This document shows, piece by piece, positions 55,382 to 64,000 of a stretch of DNA of 64,000 nt. Both the position numbers and the translations under genes were made by a program. A model generated the notes under the pieces. It was given only the letters and a program-made list of their open reading frames with translations, was not told the origin of the DNA and ran no database searches. The DNA comes from Clostridiales bacterium (GTDB taxonomy: Bacteria; Bacillota; Clostridia; Christensenellales; UBA1242). Numbering within the stretch: the stretch's first letter is position 1; every line of letters begins with the position of its first letter. Location of the stretch: contig SVIR01000002.1 of assembly GCA_015069395.1 (NCBI GenBank), positions 18,005 through 82,004 of the forward strand, in the 5' to 3' direction.

Positions 55382-56047
55382 ATGAACTATATACAAGAGG
55401 AAAATACAAATTTAGCAAAGATTTGTGGGTTGATTAGCAAAGAGCCTAAATTTTCACATCAAGTTGAAAATGAAAATTTTTTCGAGTTTGAAGTTGAAGT
55501 AGAAAGATTGTCAAAAATTAAAGATGTGATTCCAGTAACTATTTCAGAAAGAACTTTGGTTGGAAAGAGTTTGAAAATCGGTGATTTTGTCGAAATATTG
55601 GGAGAATATAGAAGTTATAACAAGCTTTTTAATGAAAAAAGCAAGTTGATGTTGCATTTATTTGCTAAAGAATTATCAATGTCTGAGGGCGAATTTGTAA
55701 ACGAAGTGAAACTGGTGGGGTTTGTATGTAAAGAGCCTGTATATAGAAAGACTCCGTTTGACAGGGAAATATGTGATGTTTTGTTGGCAATAAATAGGCC
55801 TAATTATCATAAAAGTGATTATGTTCCTTGTATAATGTGGGGCAGAAATGCAAGATTTATGAGCAATCAAAAGATTGGGTGTAAGGTTGAAATTGTAGGT
55901 AGAATTCAATCAAGGCAATACCTAAAGACAAATGAAAAGGGCGAAGAAGAATCAAAAGTTGCTTATGAAGTTTCTTGTCAGAGGATTGGTTTATTGTCCA
56001 ACGTTTCCAATGTTGTGGAAAGCAAAGACGAAACAAAGATTGTGTAA
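55382..56047 (+). CDS. Tandem OB-fold SSB-like protein without acidic C-terminal tip
   Basis: The second half, NEVKLVGFVCKEPVYRKTPFDREICDVLLAINR...SDYVPCIMWGRNARF...VEIVGRIQSRQY, matches the SSB OB pattern. The first half has the same layout. The protein ends in ESKDETKIV. Confidence 0.55.
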   Translation: MNYIQEENTNLAKICGLISKEPKFSHQVENENFFEFEVEVERLSKIKDVIPVTISERTLVGKSLKIGDFVEILGEYRSYNKLFNEKSKLMLHLFAKELSMSEGEFVNEVKLVGFVCKEPVYRKTPFDREICDVLLAINRPNYHKSDYVPCIMWGRNARFMSNQKIGCKVEIVGRIQSRQYLKTNEKGEEESKVAYEVSCQRIGLLSNVSNVVESKDETKIV

Positions 56048-56221
56048 TTTTTGGTTTGTCGCTATCTTCTTTTTAGATAAATACAAAAATTGCAACAAAG
56101 AAAAGGCAACAAGGTTATAACAGTTAGAACTAGCAAAAAAACCTATCATTTATGATAGAGTTTTTCTTTTATTTATTAATTGCGTTTATATATTCAAATT
56201 GGTCGGCTAAAAAATTTTTTA

Positions 56222-57718
56222 TTAGAATATTGGTTTGTCATAAGTTGATGGGATTTCAAGGCCCAACAATTTTAAAACGGTTGGTGCGATAGAGGTCAAA
56301 GACATATGCTTTTTTAATTTAGCTTTTTTATGTTTTTCACTGACTAAGATCATAGGAACAGGGTTTGTTGTGTGTTTTGTAAGTTTATTGCCGTCTTTAT
56401 CAAACATTTCTTCGGCATTTCCGTGGTCAGCACAGATTATGCAATCTCCACCAGCCATCAGAGTGGCTAAAGCAACTGCATAGGCTTGTTTGTCAACACA
56501 TTCAACAGCTTGTTTTGTGCTGTTAAAATTGCCCGTATGTCCAATCATATCAGGGTTTGAAAAATTCACCAAAACAAAATCATATTTTTGAGAGGCGATA
56601 GCTTCCATAGTTTCGGTCGTTATTTCAAAAGCCCTCATTTGAGGATAATTTGAAAAGTCTTTTGTGTTTACGCTGTCAATAAGTTTTCTTTCTTCTCCTT
56701 CATAAGGCTTTTCAATTCCACCATTGAAGAAGAATGTTACGTGTGCGTATTTTGTTGTCTCAGAAATGTGGAACTGAGTTTTGTTGTTTGCAGAAAGAAT
56801 GCTAGCCAAATTGTCTTTAACCACGATAGGAGGGTAAAGAGTGTTCAAATGTGCCAATTCGTCAGCATATTGGGTCATTGCAGTAAAAAGAAATTTTGTC
56901 GAAGATGTCTTAAATTCTTTAAATGTTGGGTCGGTCATAGCAAAGGCAAGTTCTCTTGCTCTGTCAGAACGATAATTAAAGAAAAGGAAACTGTCATTTT
57001 CTTTTATAGCACAATCTTCGACAACAACAGGTTCGAAATATTCGTCATAAACTCCGTTTTCATAACTGCTTTTGACAGCCTCGATTGCAGACGGTTCTTT
57101 CTTTCCTTTAGAGTTGAAAAGCAGGCGATAAGCTTTTTCAACACGATCATATCTTTTTTCTCTGTCCATTGCATAAACACGGCCAATTATTGTGCCAATC
57201 TTCGCATTTGTTCCTTCAATCTTTAATTCTGTTTTTTCAACAAACTTTAAACCATCTCTTACACCAGTATCTCTTCCGTCTAAAATAGCATGAATATAGA
57301 TATTTTTTATATCAAAGTTTTTAGCAAGATCCAAAATAGCAAAGAGGTGGTCGATACTTGAGTGAACTCCACCATTTGAAAGTAAGCCCATTAAGTGCAA
57401 ATTTGATTTGTTTTTTTCTGCGTGACTTAATGCTTTGACAAGTGCAGGGTTTTTAAAAAATTCTCCTGTTTCTATAGAATTATCGATTTCTTTCAAATCT
57501 TGTAAAATAACCCTACCGCAACCCAAGGTCAAGTGTCCAACTTCACTGTTTCCCATAATGCCCTTAGGCAATCCTACGGCTTCTCCACTCGCATTGAGGA
57601 GAGTATGAGGATACATTTTTTTTAATTTGTCTAAAAAAGGCGTGCCTTGACTTTTGATTGCATTGCCAAGCTTTTCTTTACGTTCGCCAAAACCATCTAA
57701 AATTACTAATGTTACCAT
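56222..57718 (-). CDS. gpmI: 2,3-bisphosphoglycerate-independent phosphoglycerate mutase
   Basis: Motifs ILDGFG, GNSEVGHLTLGCGR and SNPDMIGHTG. Confidence 0.93.
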   Translation of the reverse strand: MVTLVILDGFGERKEKLGNAIKSQGTPFLDKLKKMYPHTLLNASGEAVGLPKGIMGNSEVGHLTLGCGRVILQDLKEIDNSIETGEFFKNPALVKALSHAEKNKSNLHLMGLLSNGGVHSSIDHLFAILDLAKNFDIKNIYIHAILDGRDTGVRDGLKFVEKTELKIEGTNAKIGTIIGRVYAMDREKRYDRVEKAYRLLFNSKGKKEPSAIEAVKSSYENGVYDEYFEPVVVEDCAIKENDSFLFFNYRSDRARELAFAMTDPTFKEFKTSSTKFLFTAMTQYADELAHLNTLYPPIVVKDNLASILSANNKTQFHISETTKYAHVTFFFNGGIEKPYEGEERKLIDSVNTKDFSNYPQMRAFEITTETMEAIASQKYDFVLVNFSNPDMIGHTGNFNSTKQAVECVDKQAYAVALATLMAGGDCIICADHGNAEEMFDKDGNKLTKHTTNPVPMILVSEKHKKAKLKKHMSLTSIAPTVLKLLGLEIPSTYDKPIF

Positions 57719-57767
57719 AATAACTCCTTATGCATTAAGGATACTTTTTTGTAAAAAAAAAGTCAAA

Positions 57768-58097
57768 TTAATCTTTAAGATGTTCGTCAAACAAATTATT
57801 TTCATTAGAAGTTTTTGCTTTTTCTGTGGCAAGTAGGTCATTTTGAGCATATACAATCTCTTCTGTTTTTTTATTTTTTTTCTTTCTCTTTTCAAAAACT
57901 TTAAAGGTCCCTTTGTTGACTATTATTCTTATTACCAAATATATAGCTGCAACACCATATAAGATATAAACAAGACGAGAAAACATACTTGCTTGATAAC
58001 CAAAAAGACCAGCAATAAAATCGTATTGCAATAAACCAATCAACAACCAATTGATAGACCCCATCAAGGTTAATAAAAAGGCAATAAAGGTAAGCAT
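57768..58097 (-). CDS. DUF378-family membrane protein, second paralogue, with charged tail
   Basis: Motif GSINWLLIGLLQYDFIAGLFG. AGGAGGAAA lies upstream. Confidence 0.65.
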   Translation of the reverse strand: MLTFIAFLLTLMGSINWLLIGLLQYDFIAGLFGYQASMFSRLVYILYGVAAIYLVIRIIVNKGTFKVFEKRKKKNKKTEEIVYAQNDLLATEKAKTSNENNLFDEHLKD

Positions 58098-58228
58098 ATT
58101 TCCTCCTTTTTTCTTATTATTGGTTTTTAATTAAAAAAAAATCTAAAAAAGAGGAAATTTTTGGAATGTTTTGTATATTATAATTTGTAAGGCTCTTATC
58201 AAAAATTTGCTAAACCTTTAAAATTTGC

Positions 58229-58257
58229 TTGACTTTTTTGCTTAATTTAAATATAAT
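58229..58257 (+). promoter_or_regulatory. Consensus promoter of greA
   Basis: TTGACT-N17-TATAAT. The tracked ORF 58229-58429 begins with this -35 TTG. Confidence 0.6.
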
Positions 58258-58286
58258 TAGGGGGTTAAAAGTCATAGGTAGAAGTG

Positions 58287-58315
58287 ATAACCAAACTCGA
58301 AATGGTTATTTTTTT
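58287..58315 (+). terminator. Intrinsic terminator-like hairpin inside the greA 5' leader
   Basis: Stem ATAACCA/TGGTTAT with an 8-9 nt loop, followed by seven T. It lies between the promoter and the greA SD. Confidence 0.5.
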
Positions 58316-58341
58316 AAATTGTTATATGAAAGGAGACTATT

Positions 58342-58812
58342 ATGGAAAAACATTATCTTACACCAGAAGGAAAGAAACAACTTGAAGAAAAGCTTAATTT
58401 TTATAAAACTGTTAAAAGACCAGAAGTAGTTAAGAGAATTGGAATCGCAAGAGAATTTGGAGACCTTTCAGAAAACTCTGAATATGATGCAGCAAAAGAC
58501 GAACAAGCTCAAATCGAAGCTGAAATCGTTGAAATGGAAGGAATTTTGCTTAATGCCGAAGTTATTGACAAAAGCAATCTCAACAGCAATGAAGTTAGTG
58601 TAGGTTGTACAGTTACACTTTATGACGAAGATTTTGACGAAGAAGTTGAATATCGTATAACAGGATCTTCAGAAAGTGATCCTAGAAAGGGACTTATCAG
58701 CAACGTTTCTCCTGTAGGAAAAGCCTTGATAGGACACAAAAAAGGTGAAACCGTTTCGGTTAAAACTCCTGGTGGTACAACAACTTATAAAATCGTTTCA
58801 ATTCAAGTATAA
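58342..58812 (+). CDS. greA: Transcription elongation factor GreA
   Basis: N-terminal coiled coil with GDLSENSEYDAAKDEQ, and a C-terminal FKBP-like domain. Confidence 0.92.
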   Translation: MEKHYLTPEGKKQLEEKLNFYKTVKRPEVVKRIGIAREFGDLSENSEYDAAKDEQAQIEAEIVEMEGILLNAEVIDKSNLNSNEVSVGCTVTLYDEDFDEEVEYRITGSSESDPRKGLISNVSPVGKALIGHKKGETVSVKTPGGTTTYKIVSIQV

Positions 58813-58892
58813 AATTTATTTGATTTTTTTTCTGCCTTTTTGTATAATGAAAATGTAAATAAATTTTTGAACCTGAAGAGGATTTTTGTTTT

Positions 58893-59804
58893 ATGATGTT
58901 TGTAAATTCTTTAAAACTTTTTGGCTCAAATTGGAGCAAGACACTCAAATTTGTTTTATATTACATTTTTGTGTTGGGTGTGTGTTTTGCTATGCTCTTG
59001 CCATCTTTTTTTGAGTTTAAAGATTTATTTGTATCAAATTTTCAAACAACAAGTGCTCTTGGGGTAATGGCAGAAAATTATGGACAAGGGATTCAAAATG
59101 TAATTTTGACAACGATCACTACTATAATGGCTGCGTTTTCGCAAAATCTCGGTTTGGCAATTTATGCAATTATTGTTTTATTTTTGATTTTGCCATTTTT
59201 AGTAAATATAGGCAAATATACATTTTGTGAAATGTTGTATTCTTATATGACAAGCAAAACAAAAATTGGCTTTTTTAGTGCTATGATAAAGAGCTTAAAA
59301 AAGTCTATTCCTTTCTCTTTGTGTCGTATAGTTTACAATTGGTTGTTTTTGGCAATAATTGGTGGCGTAGTATATGCTTTGGTTTTGCCAACCAACGAAT
59401 TCTTTGTAAAATATTGTCTCGTATTTGTGCTCTATGCTGTTTTAGTGATTTTGTTTGCTTTAAACAAGATTATTCTTTTGGGGTGGACTCCAGCTTCGAT
59501 CGTGTTTGATGTAAATGTATTTTCTGCATTCAAAAAAGGAATCAAAGCCGTTAAGAGACATTTTTGGGCGATTTTTGGAACAACAGTTTTGTATTTTGGT
59601 CTTTTCTGGCTCTTGACGTTCTTGCTTGGAGCATATTCTTTAATTCCTATGGTTGTGCTTATGATGGCACTCTTGTCTATTTACAATATGACAGTTTTCT
59701 TTATGAGTCAAGGAATGAGATTTTATATCAACGACAACAAGATTCTTACGCCTAAGAAACTTGAGGAAGTAGATAATATAAACAAGACGGCATTCATTTT
59801 ATAA
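58893..59804 (+). CDS. Polytopic membrane protein, function unknown
   Basis: 303 aa with multiple TM segments. GAAGAGGA lies upstream. Confidence 0.5.
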   Translation: MMFVNSLKLFGSNWSKTLKFVLYYIFVLGVCFAMLLPSFFEFKDLFVSNFQTTSALGVMAENYGQGIQNVILTTITTIMAAFSQNLGLAIYAIIVLFLILPFLVNIGKYTFCEMLYSYMTSKTKIGFFSAMIKSLKKSIPFSLCRIVYNWLFLAIIGGVVYALVLPTNEFFVKYCLVFVLYAVLVILFALNKIILLGWTPASIVFDVNVFSAFKKGIKAVKRHFWAIFGTTVLYFGLFWLLTFLLGAYSLIPMVVLMMALLSIYNMTVFFMSQGMRFYINDNKILTPKKLEEVDNINKTAFIL

Positions 59805-59863
59805 GATGCTTTTTATGGTTTTTTGAACTAATTTGCCTTGTGACTATTTAAAATGTTTTTTAT

Positions 59864-59887
59864 TGTGTTTATAAACACAAATTTTTT
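59864..59887 (+). terminator. Palindromic hairpin plus T-run after the membrane gene
   Basis: TGTGTTTATAAACACA followed by AATTTTTT. Confidence 0.45.
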
Positions 59888-59905
59888 GATATATAAGGAG
59901 ATATA

Positions 59906-61561
59906 ATGAACAACAAATTAAAAATCACCTTCTTGGGTGGTGTGGGTGAAATTGGAAAAAATATGACTGCCTTTGAATATAACAACGAAATTATCGTTGT
60001 TGATGCTGGACTTACATTTCCAGGAGACGATTTGCCAGGAATTGATGTAGTTATTCCAGACTTTAGCTATTTGGTAAACAACAAAGACAAAATCAAAGCT
60101 ATTATATTAACACATGGACACGAAGATCATATTGGAGCATTGCCATTTGTTTTAAGTGAAATCAAGGTGCCTGTTTATGGCTCTAGATTGACATTGGCTT
60201 TGGTTGAAAACAAAATGAAAGAGCACCCAAAGGTTGCTTATAAGGCAATTACAGTAAAGCCTAAAAATGTTTTGAAGATTGGTTCTTTTTCAGTAGAGTT
60301 TATAAAAGTTTCTCACTCAATTGCTGGATCATTGGCTCTTTGCATAAACACTCCAGTTGGAAATGTTGTGCATACAGGAGACTTCAAAATTGATTTCGAA
60401 CCAATAGATGGAGTTATGACAGACTTGCAAAGATTTGGTGAACTTGGAAAAAAAGGTGTAAATCTTTTGATGTGTGAAAGCACAAACGTTTGTAGAAAAG
60501 GCTATTCTATGAGCGAAAAGAGTGTTGGAAGAGCTCTGGAAGAAATCTTTAAAACTCATACAGAAAACAGGATTTTTGTTGCAACATTTGCGTCAAACAT
60601 TCATAGACTTCAACAAATCTTGAATCTTGCCGAAAAATACGGCAGAAAAGTGGCGTTTACTGGAAGAAGTATGATAAACATCACTGAAGTTGGAATGAAA
60701 ATTGGAGAAATCTCATTCAATAAGCAAAACCTTATTGATATCGACAAAATTGATAAATATGCTGACAAAGAATTGGTAATTGTTACGACAGGAAGTCAGG
60801 GAGAACCCTTAAGTGCTTTGGCAAGAATGGCAACAGGAGATTTTAAACAAATCAAAATCGGCGAAAACGATTTGATTGTGTTCTCTTCTTCACCAATTCC
60901 AGGAAACGAAAAGAGTGTCTATAATGTTATCAATTCACTTTTCCAAAAGGGTGCAGATGTAATATATGACGAACTTTCAGATGTTCACGCATCAGGTCAC
61001 GCTTGTCAAGAAGAAATCAAAACAATCCATTCTTTGACTAAACCAAAATTCTTTATTCCTGTACATGGCGAATATAGACATTTGAAAATGCACAAACAAC
61101 TTGCTATGGCTTTGGGAATGGAAGAAAGAAACATTATTTTGCCTACTTTGGGAGCACAGATAGAGCTTTCAGCAAACTCTATCAAAAAATGTGGCTTTAT
61201 ACCTGCAGGACAAAGACTTATTGATGGTTATGGAATTGGTGATATGGACAGCAATGTTCTTAGAGAAAGAAAACAGCTCTCTGAAGATGGAATATGTGTT
61301 GCCGTAATGACAATCAACAATATTTCTGGCGATGTGGTAGGTGATCCATTTATTATTACAAGGGGAGTTGTATATCAAGACGAGGCTGAAGCTTTTGTTC
61401 AAGACACTAAAAATATGATTGTCGCATCTTTGAAAGAACAAGATCTTAGAGGTTGTGACCCTGCCGTGATTAAAAACACGATTAGAAGAAATTTATCAAA
61501 CTTTATTTTCAAAAGGACAAAGCGTAGACCAATGATTTTGACCATTGTTATGCTTGATTAA
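59906..61561 (+). CDS. rnj: Ribonuclease J
   Basis: Beta-lactamase motif THGHEDHIGALPF, a beta-CASP region and the C-terminal HASGH. Confidence 0.92.
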   Translation: MNNKLKITFLGGVGEIGKNMTAFEYNNEIIVVDAGLTFPGDDLPGIDVVIPDFSYLVNNKDKIKAIILTHGHEDHIGALPFVLSEIKVPVYGSRLTLALVENKMKEHPKVAYKAITVKPKNVLKIGSFSVEFIKVSHSIAGSLALCINTPVGNVVHTGDFKIDFEPIDGVMTDLQRFGELGKKGVNLLMCESTNVCRKGYSMSEKSVGRALEEIFKTHTENRIFVATFASNIHRLQQILNLAEKYGRKVAFTGRSMINITEVGMKIGEISFNKQNLIDIDKIDKYADKELVIVTTGSQGEPLSALARMATGDFKQIKIGENDLIVFSSSPIPGNEKSVYNVINSLFQKGADVIYDELSDVHASGHACQEEIKTIHSLTKPKFFIPVHGEYRHLKMHKQLAMALGMEERNIILPTLGAQIELSANSIKKCGFIPAGQRLIDGYGIGDMDSNVLRERKQLSEDGICVAVMTINNISGDVVGDPFIITRGVVYQDEAEAFVQDTKNMIVASLKEQDLRGCDPAVIKNTIRRNLSNFIFKRTKRRPMILTIVMLD

Positions 61562-61566
61562 GACTT

Positions 61567-62142
61567 ATGAAAAAAGAAGAACTTATTGGATTTGAAACTT
61601 ATCAATATACACCATTTATAAGGCAGAAGTCAGAAGAGGTTTTGGTTGACTTATTGAAAAAACACAATCCCAAAAGTGTATTAGAAATCGGAACATTTAT
61701 AGGATATTCTGCGACCTTAATATTAGAAAATGCACCAGAATGCAAATTGATAAGCATTGAAAAGGAAAAGAAAAATTTTGATAATGCTTGCAAAAACCTA
61801 AAAAAATATGAAGACAGAGTAATTCTAAAAAATAAAGATGCTTTAGAGTTTTTGCAAGAGGACGACAATCAATATGATTTTATTTTCTTAGACGGAGCAA
61901 AAGGGCAATATTTTAAGTACTTGCCATACTTAAAGAGAAACTTGACCGTTGGAGGAGTGTTGGTTGCAGACGATGTGTTGTTTTATGGAATGGTCGAATC
62001 TACAGAAAAGATCCCTCATAAACACAGAGCTTTGGTAAATAATTTGCGCAAATTTTTGCAAGCGTTAGACGAAGACAAAGAGTTTGATACCCAAGTCTTG
62101 TCAATAGAAGATGGTTTGAGCATTAGTATAAAATTAAAATAA
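61567..62142 (+). CDS. Class I SAM-dependent O-methyltransferase (family 3, YrrM/TrmR-like)
   Basis: Motifs VLEIGTFIGYSA and IFLDGAKGQY. Confidence 0.75.
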   Translation: MKKEELIGFETYQYTPFIRQKSEEVLVDLLKKHNPKSVLEIGTFIGYSATLILENAPECKLISIEKEKKNFDNACKNLKKYEDRVILKNKDALEFLQEDDNQYDFIFLDGAKGQYFKYLPYLKRNLTVGGVLVADDVLFYGMVESTEKIPHKHRALVNNLRKFLQALDEDKEFDTQVLSIEDGLSISIKLK

Positions 62143-62166
62143 TTGCATTCCAGTGCAATTTTTTTA
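62141..62166 (+). terminator. Rho-independent terminator
   Basis: Stem ATTGCA/TGCAAT followed by a T-run. Confidence 0.65.
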
Positions 62167-62201
62167 TGTAGTTAATGAATTTCAAATATTTTGAGTTTTA
62201 T

Positions 62202-62230
62202 TTGTTTTTTTTGTCATTATTTGATAAAAT
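62202..62230 (+). promoter_or_regulatory. Promoter of the PAP2 gene
   Basis: TTGTTT-N17-TAAAAT with an extended TGa, exactly 6 nt to ATG 62237, and no SD. Confidence 0.5.
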
Positions 62231-62236
62231 ACAAAT

Positions 62237-62803
62237 ATGGATTTTGAGATCAAGATAATTGAATTTTTGCAGGCAGGAAGAAATGTTTTCTTTGATACGG
62301 CATTTCAAATTATATCTGTAATTGGAAGCGCAGTAGGAGTGATTGCTCTTTGTTTGTTTTTCTTGATATTCAAAAAGAAACTTTGCTTTTGGTATTTATT
62401 TTCTTATGGTTTCGTATACTTGGCTGTAAGCACTATAAAAAGTCTAGTAGAAAGACCTCGGCCATTTTTTGTAGTTGATACCATTGCAAACATAGGAGAT
62501 GCTGTTACTGAATTTAGTTTTCCAAGTGGACATGCTGCTTGTGCAACTGCAATTGCTATCTTTTTAGGATATTTTTTGTTTATGGCTTTTAAACAAAAAC
62601 CTATAAGAATTTGCACTGTGATTTCTTGTGTATTGTTTGTAGGACTTGTTTGTCTGTCCAGAATGTATTTAGGGAAGCATTTCTTGACTGATGTAATAGG
62701 TGGTGTTGTTGTTTCGGCGCTAATTTGTTTTCTTGGCATATTGCTAATGAGAGTCTTTGAGAAGAAAAGGAAGAAAAATGAAAATAAAAATGGAAATCAA
62801 TGA
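62237..62803 (+). CDS. PAP2-family lipid phosphatase
   Basis: Motifs KSLVERPRP, FPSGHAA and SRMYLGKHFLTDV. Confidence 0.8.
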   Translation: MDFEIKIIEFLQAGRNVFFDTAFQIISVIGSAVGVIALCLFFLIFKKKLCFWYLFSYGFVYLAVSTIKSLVERPRPFFVVDTIANIGDAVTEFSFPSGHAACATAIAIFLGYFLFMAFKQKPIRICTVISCVLFVGLVCLSRMYLGKHFLTDVIGGVVVSALICFLGILLMRVFEKKRKKNENKNGNQ

Positions 62804-63224
62804 TTTAAATCAAACAAAAGAGTTTGCAAAGGTTTTTGCCAAGATGCTAAAACCATCTATGATTGTTATCTTAAACGGAGATTTGGGAAGTGGAAAGACG
62901 ACCTTTGTTAAAGAAGTTGTTGAGGCTTTAGGAAGTGAGGATGTGGTTACGAGTCCGACCTTCAATCTCTTGAACATCTATCAAGCAAATTTTCCCGTCT
63001 ATCATTTTGATATGTATCGTTTAGAGTCAGCAGAAGAAGCAATGAATGTAGGTTTTGAAGAATATTTCAACAAGCAAAATTTAGATGGTGTTTGTTTTGT
63101 CGAGTGGGCTGAAAACGTAGAAGGTCTAATAAACGAATATGACTTTGAAGTTGAAATCTTAAAAAATGGAGAAACTGCGAGAACGTTTATCATAAAGGAG
63201 GGAAAAGATGCTGTTGGCAATTAA
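62778..63224 (+). CDS. tsaE: tRNA t6A biosynthesis ATPase TsaE
   Basis: P-loop GDLGSGKTTFVK and motif HFDMYRL. The start is ATG 62778 or ATG 62790, and it overlaps the PAP2 3' end. Confidence 0.85.
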   Translation: MKIKMEINDLNQTKEFAKVFAKMLKPSMIVILNGDLGSGKTTFVKEVVEALGSEDVVTSPTFNLLNIYQANFPVYHFDMYRLESAEEAMNVGFEEYFNKQNLDGVCFVEWAENVEGLINEYDFEVEILKNGETARTFIIKEGKDAVGN

Positions 63225-63858
63225 TACGGCTTTTATGACGGCGAATTTGGGCATAGAAACGGCGAAGGGCGATGTTCTTTTAAAAGAACTAGACGCGAAG
63301 AGCAAACACTCTGAAAACGTCTTAAAAACGATAGACGAGATGTGTCAAGAATCTAATACCGATATCAATGATATAGAATCATTGGCAGTGGTCGTTGGAC
63401 CAGGTTCTTTTACAGGTTTAAGAATTGGCACAGCTATTGCACAAGCTCTTGGATGTGCAAACAAAAAGCTCAAATTTATAAAATTGACATCTTTAGAGCT
63501 TATGGCATATATTATTGTCAAAAACAAACTCAATAGCGAAGACTTTGTATGTGTAATTAATGCGTTGTCAAATTTGTTTTTTGTTTGTCATTTTGACAAA
63601 AATGGAATAAAACTCTCAGCAGAGGAAATTATAGATAAGCAGGCCTTTGAAAGCTTGAAACAGGAAAAGTTTGCTTTGAATGGTGATGTGCAGGCAGAAG
63701 GAATAAACTATATTGAAATAACATCTGAAAGCTTGTTTGAATTTTCAAAGAGCAAAGAAATTGCAAAAGAATTTGTGACACAAAGTGAGATGTTGCCGAT
63801 TTATTTAAGACTTTCTCAAGCTGAGGATAATTTGTTGAAAAAAAGTAAAAAAGACTGA
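63208..63858 (+). CDS. tsaB: tRNA t6A biosynthesis protein TsaB
   Basis: Motif VVVGPGSFTGLRIG. AAGGAGGGA lies upstream and the gene overlaps tsaE. Confidence 0.85.
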   Translation: MLLAINTAFMTANLGIETAKGDVLLKELDAKSKHSENVLKTIDEMCQESNTDINDIESLAVVVGPGSFTGLRIGTAIAQALGCANKKLKFIKLTSLELMAYIIVKNKLNSEDFVCVINALSNLFFVCHFDKNGIKLSAEEIIDKQAFESLKQEKFALNGDVQAEGINYIEITSESLFEFSKSKEIAKEFVTQSEMLPIYLRLSQAEDNLLKKSKKD

Positions 63859-63922
63859 AAATTAGTTGACATAAAATATAAATGTTTGTAGAATACTATC
63901 GAGCATACAAAAAGGAGATTTT

Positions 63923-64000
63923 ATGAAAAAACCTGTTTATATCAGATGCCCTAGATGTGAGCTTAATTACATCGAAAAGAAAGAAAAACTGTGTAGCGTT
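63923..64000 (+). CDS. Start of a zinc-ribbon-containing protein, 3' end outside window
   Basis: GGAG lies upstream of the ATG. The product begins MKKPVYIRCPRCELNYIEKKEKLCSV. Confidence 0.35.
   Translation, partial: MKKPVYIRCPRCELNYIEKKEKLCSV

Noticed and set aside
57719-57767. Hairpin CCTTA-tgcat-TAAGG overlapping the gpmI SD as a translational switch
   Set aside because: The stem is only 5 bp and AT-rich. There is no alternative structure or ligand-binding architecture. It is probably fortuitous.
58229-58429. Tracked 66-aa ORF upstream of and overlapping greA
   Set aside because: It starts with the TTG of the greA -35 box, spans the leader hairpin, has no SD, and overlaps the greA start in another frame.
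1-64000. CRISPR arrays, rRNA operons, IS elements, prophage genes and an alternative genetic code
   Set aside because: No regularly spaced direct repeats, rRNA-like sequence, transposase or phage structural genes were seen. TGA terminates several well-supported genes, so the standard code 11 applies.

Overview
The window is a visibly AT-rich, gene-dense chromosomal segment. It carries about 60 protein genes, two tRNAs and one T-box leader. I found no rRNA, CRISPR array, transposase, integrase or prophage genes. The standard genetic code applies, since TGA is used as a stop. The gene content and local synteny point to a Bacillota (Firmicutes) organism of the spore-former type with a streamlined genome. 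Supporting gene groups are yqfD-ybeY-era, a DnaD-domain replication protein next to dnaI, ytxC followed by a T-box and thrS, yajC-secD-secF, tex followed by a mini-mcsA, mcsB and clpC, plus hpf, PFOR, murG, parE-parC-like topoisomerase genes, gpmI, greA, RNase J and tsaE-tsaB. Most of the window is housekeeping. The one accessory-looking patch lies at about 9.5-15.7 kb. It contains a small-ORF plus PIN-like cassette with its own consensus promoter and palindrome. It also contains a translationally coupled three-gene operon: an XRE-HTH protein with an unrecognised C-terminal domain, a truncated long RelA/SpoT homologue, and a transglutaminase-fold Cys protein. The RelA/SpoT homologue keeps its HD hydrolase motifs but has lost every synthetase signature I can recall. 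The patch also holds a rhomboid protease fused to an extracytoplasmic domain, tRNA-Lys and an Arc-like RHH gene. The three-gene operon is my best candidate for an undescribed module, but its function is only inferred. Other observations worth a second look:
- A recurring promoter-to-ATG geometry predicts leaderless mRNAs for at least five genes.
- An untracked 49-aa mini-McsA ORF lies between tex and mcsB.
- The topoisomerase A subunit has an N-terminal extension of about 90 aa and a degenerate GyrA box.
- A 1529-aa protein carries two GLUG-motif modules.
- Two apparent pseudoenzymes are present, one amidohydrolase-like and one ABC-ATPase-like.
- An intrinsic terminator sits inside the greA leader.
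All calls rest on reading the sequence and on motif recall. No database search was run.
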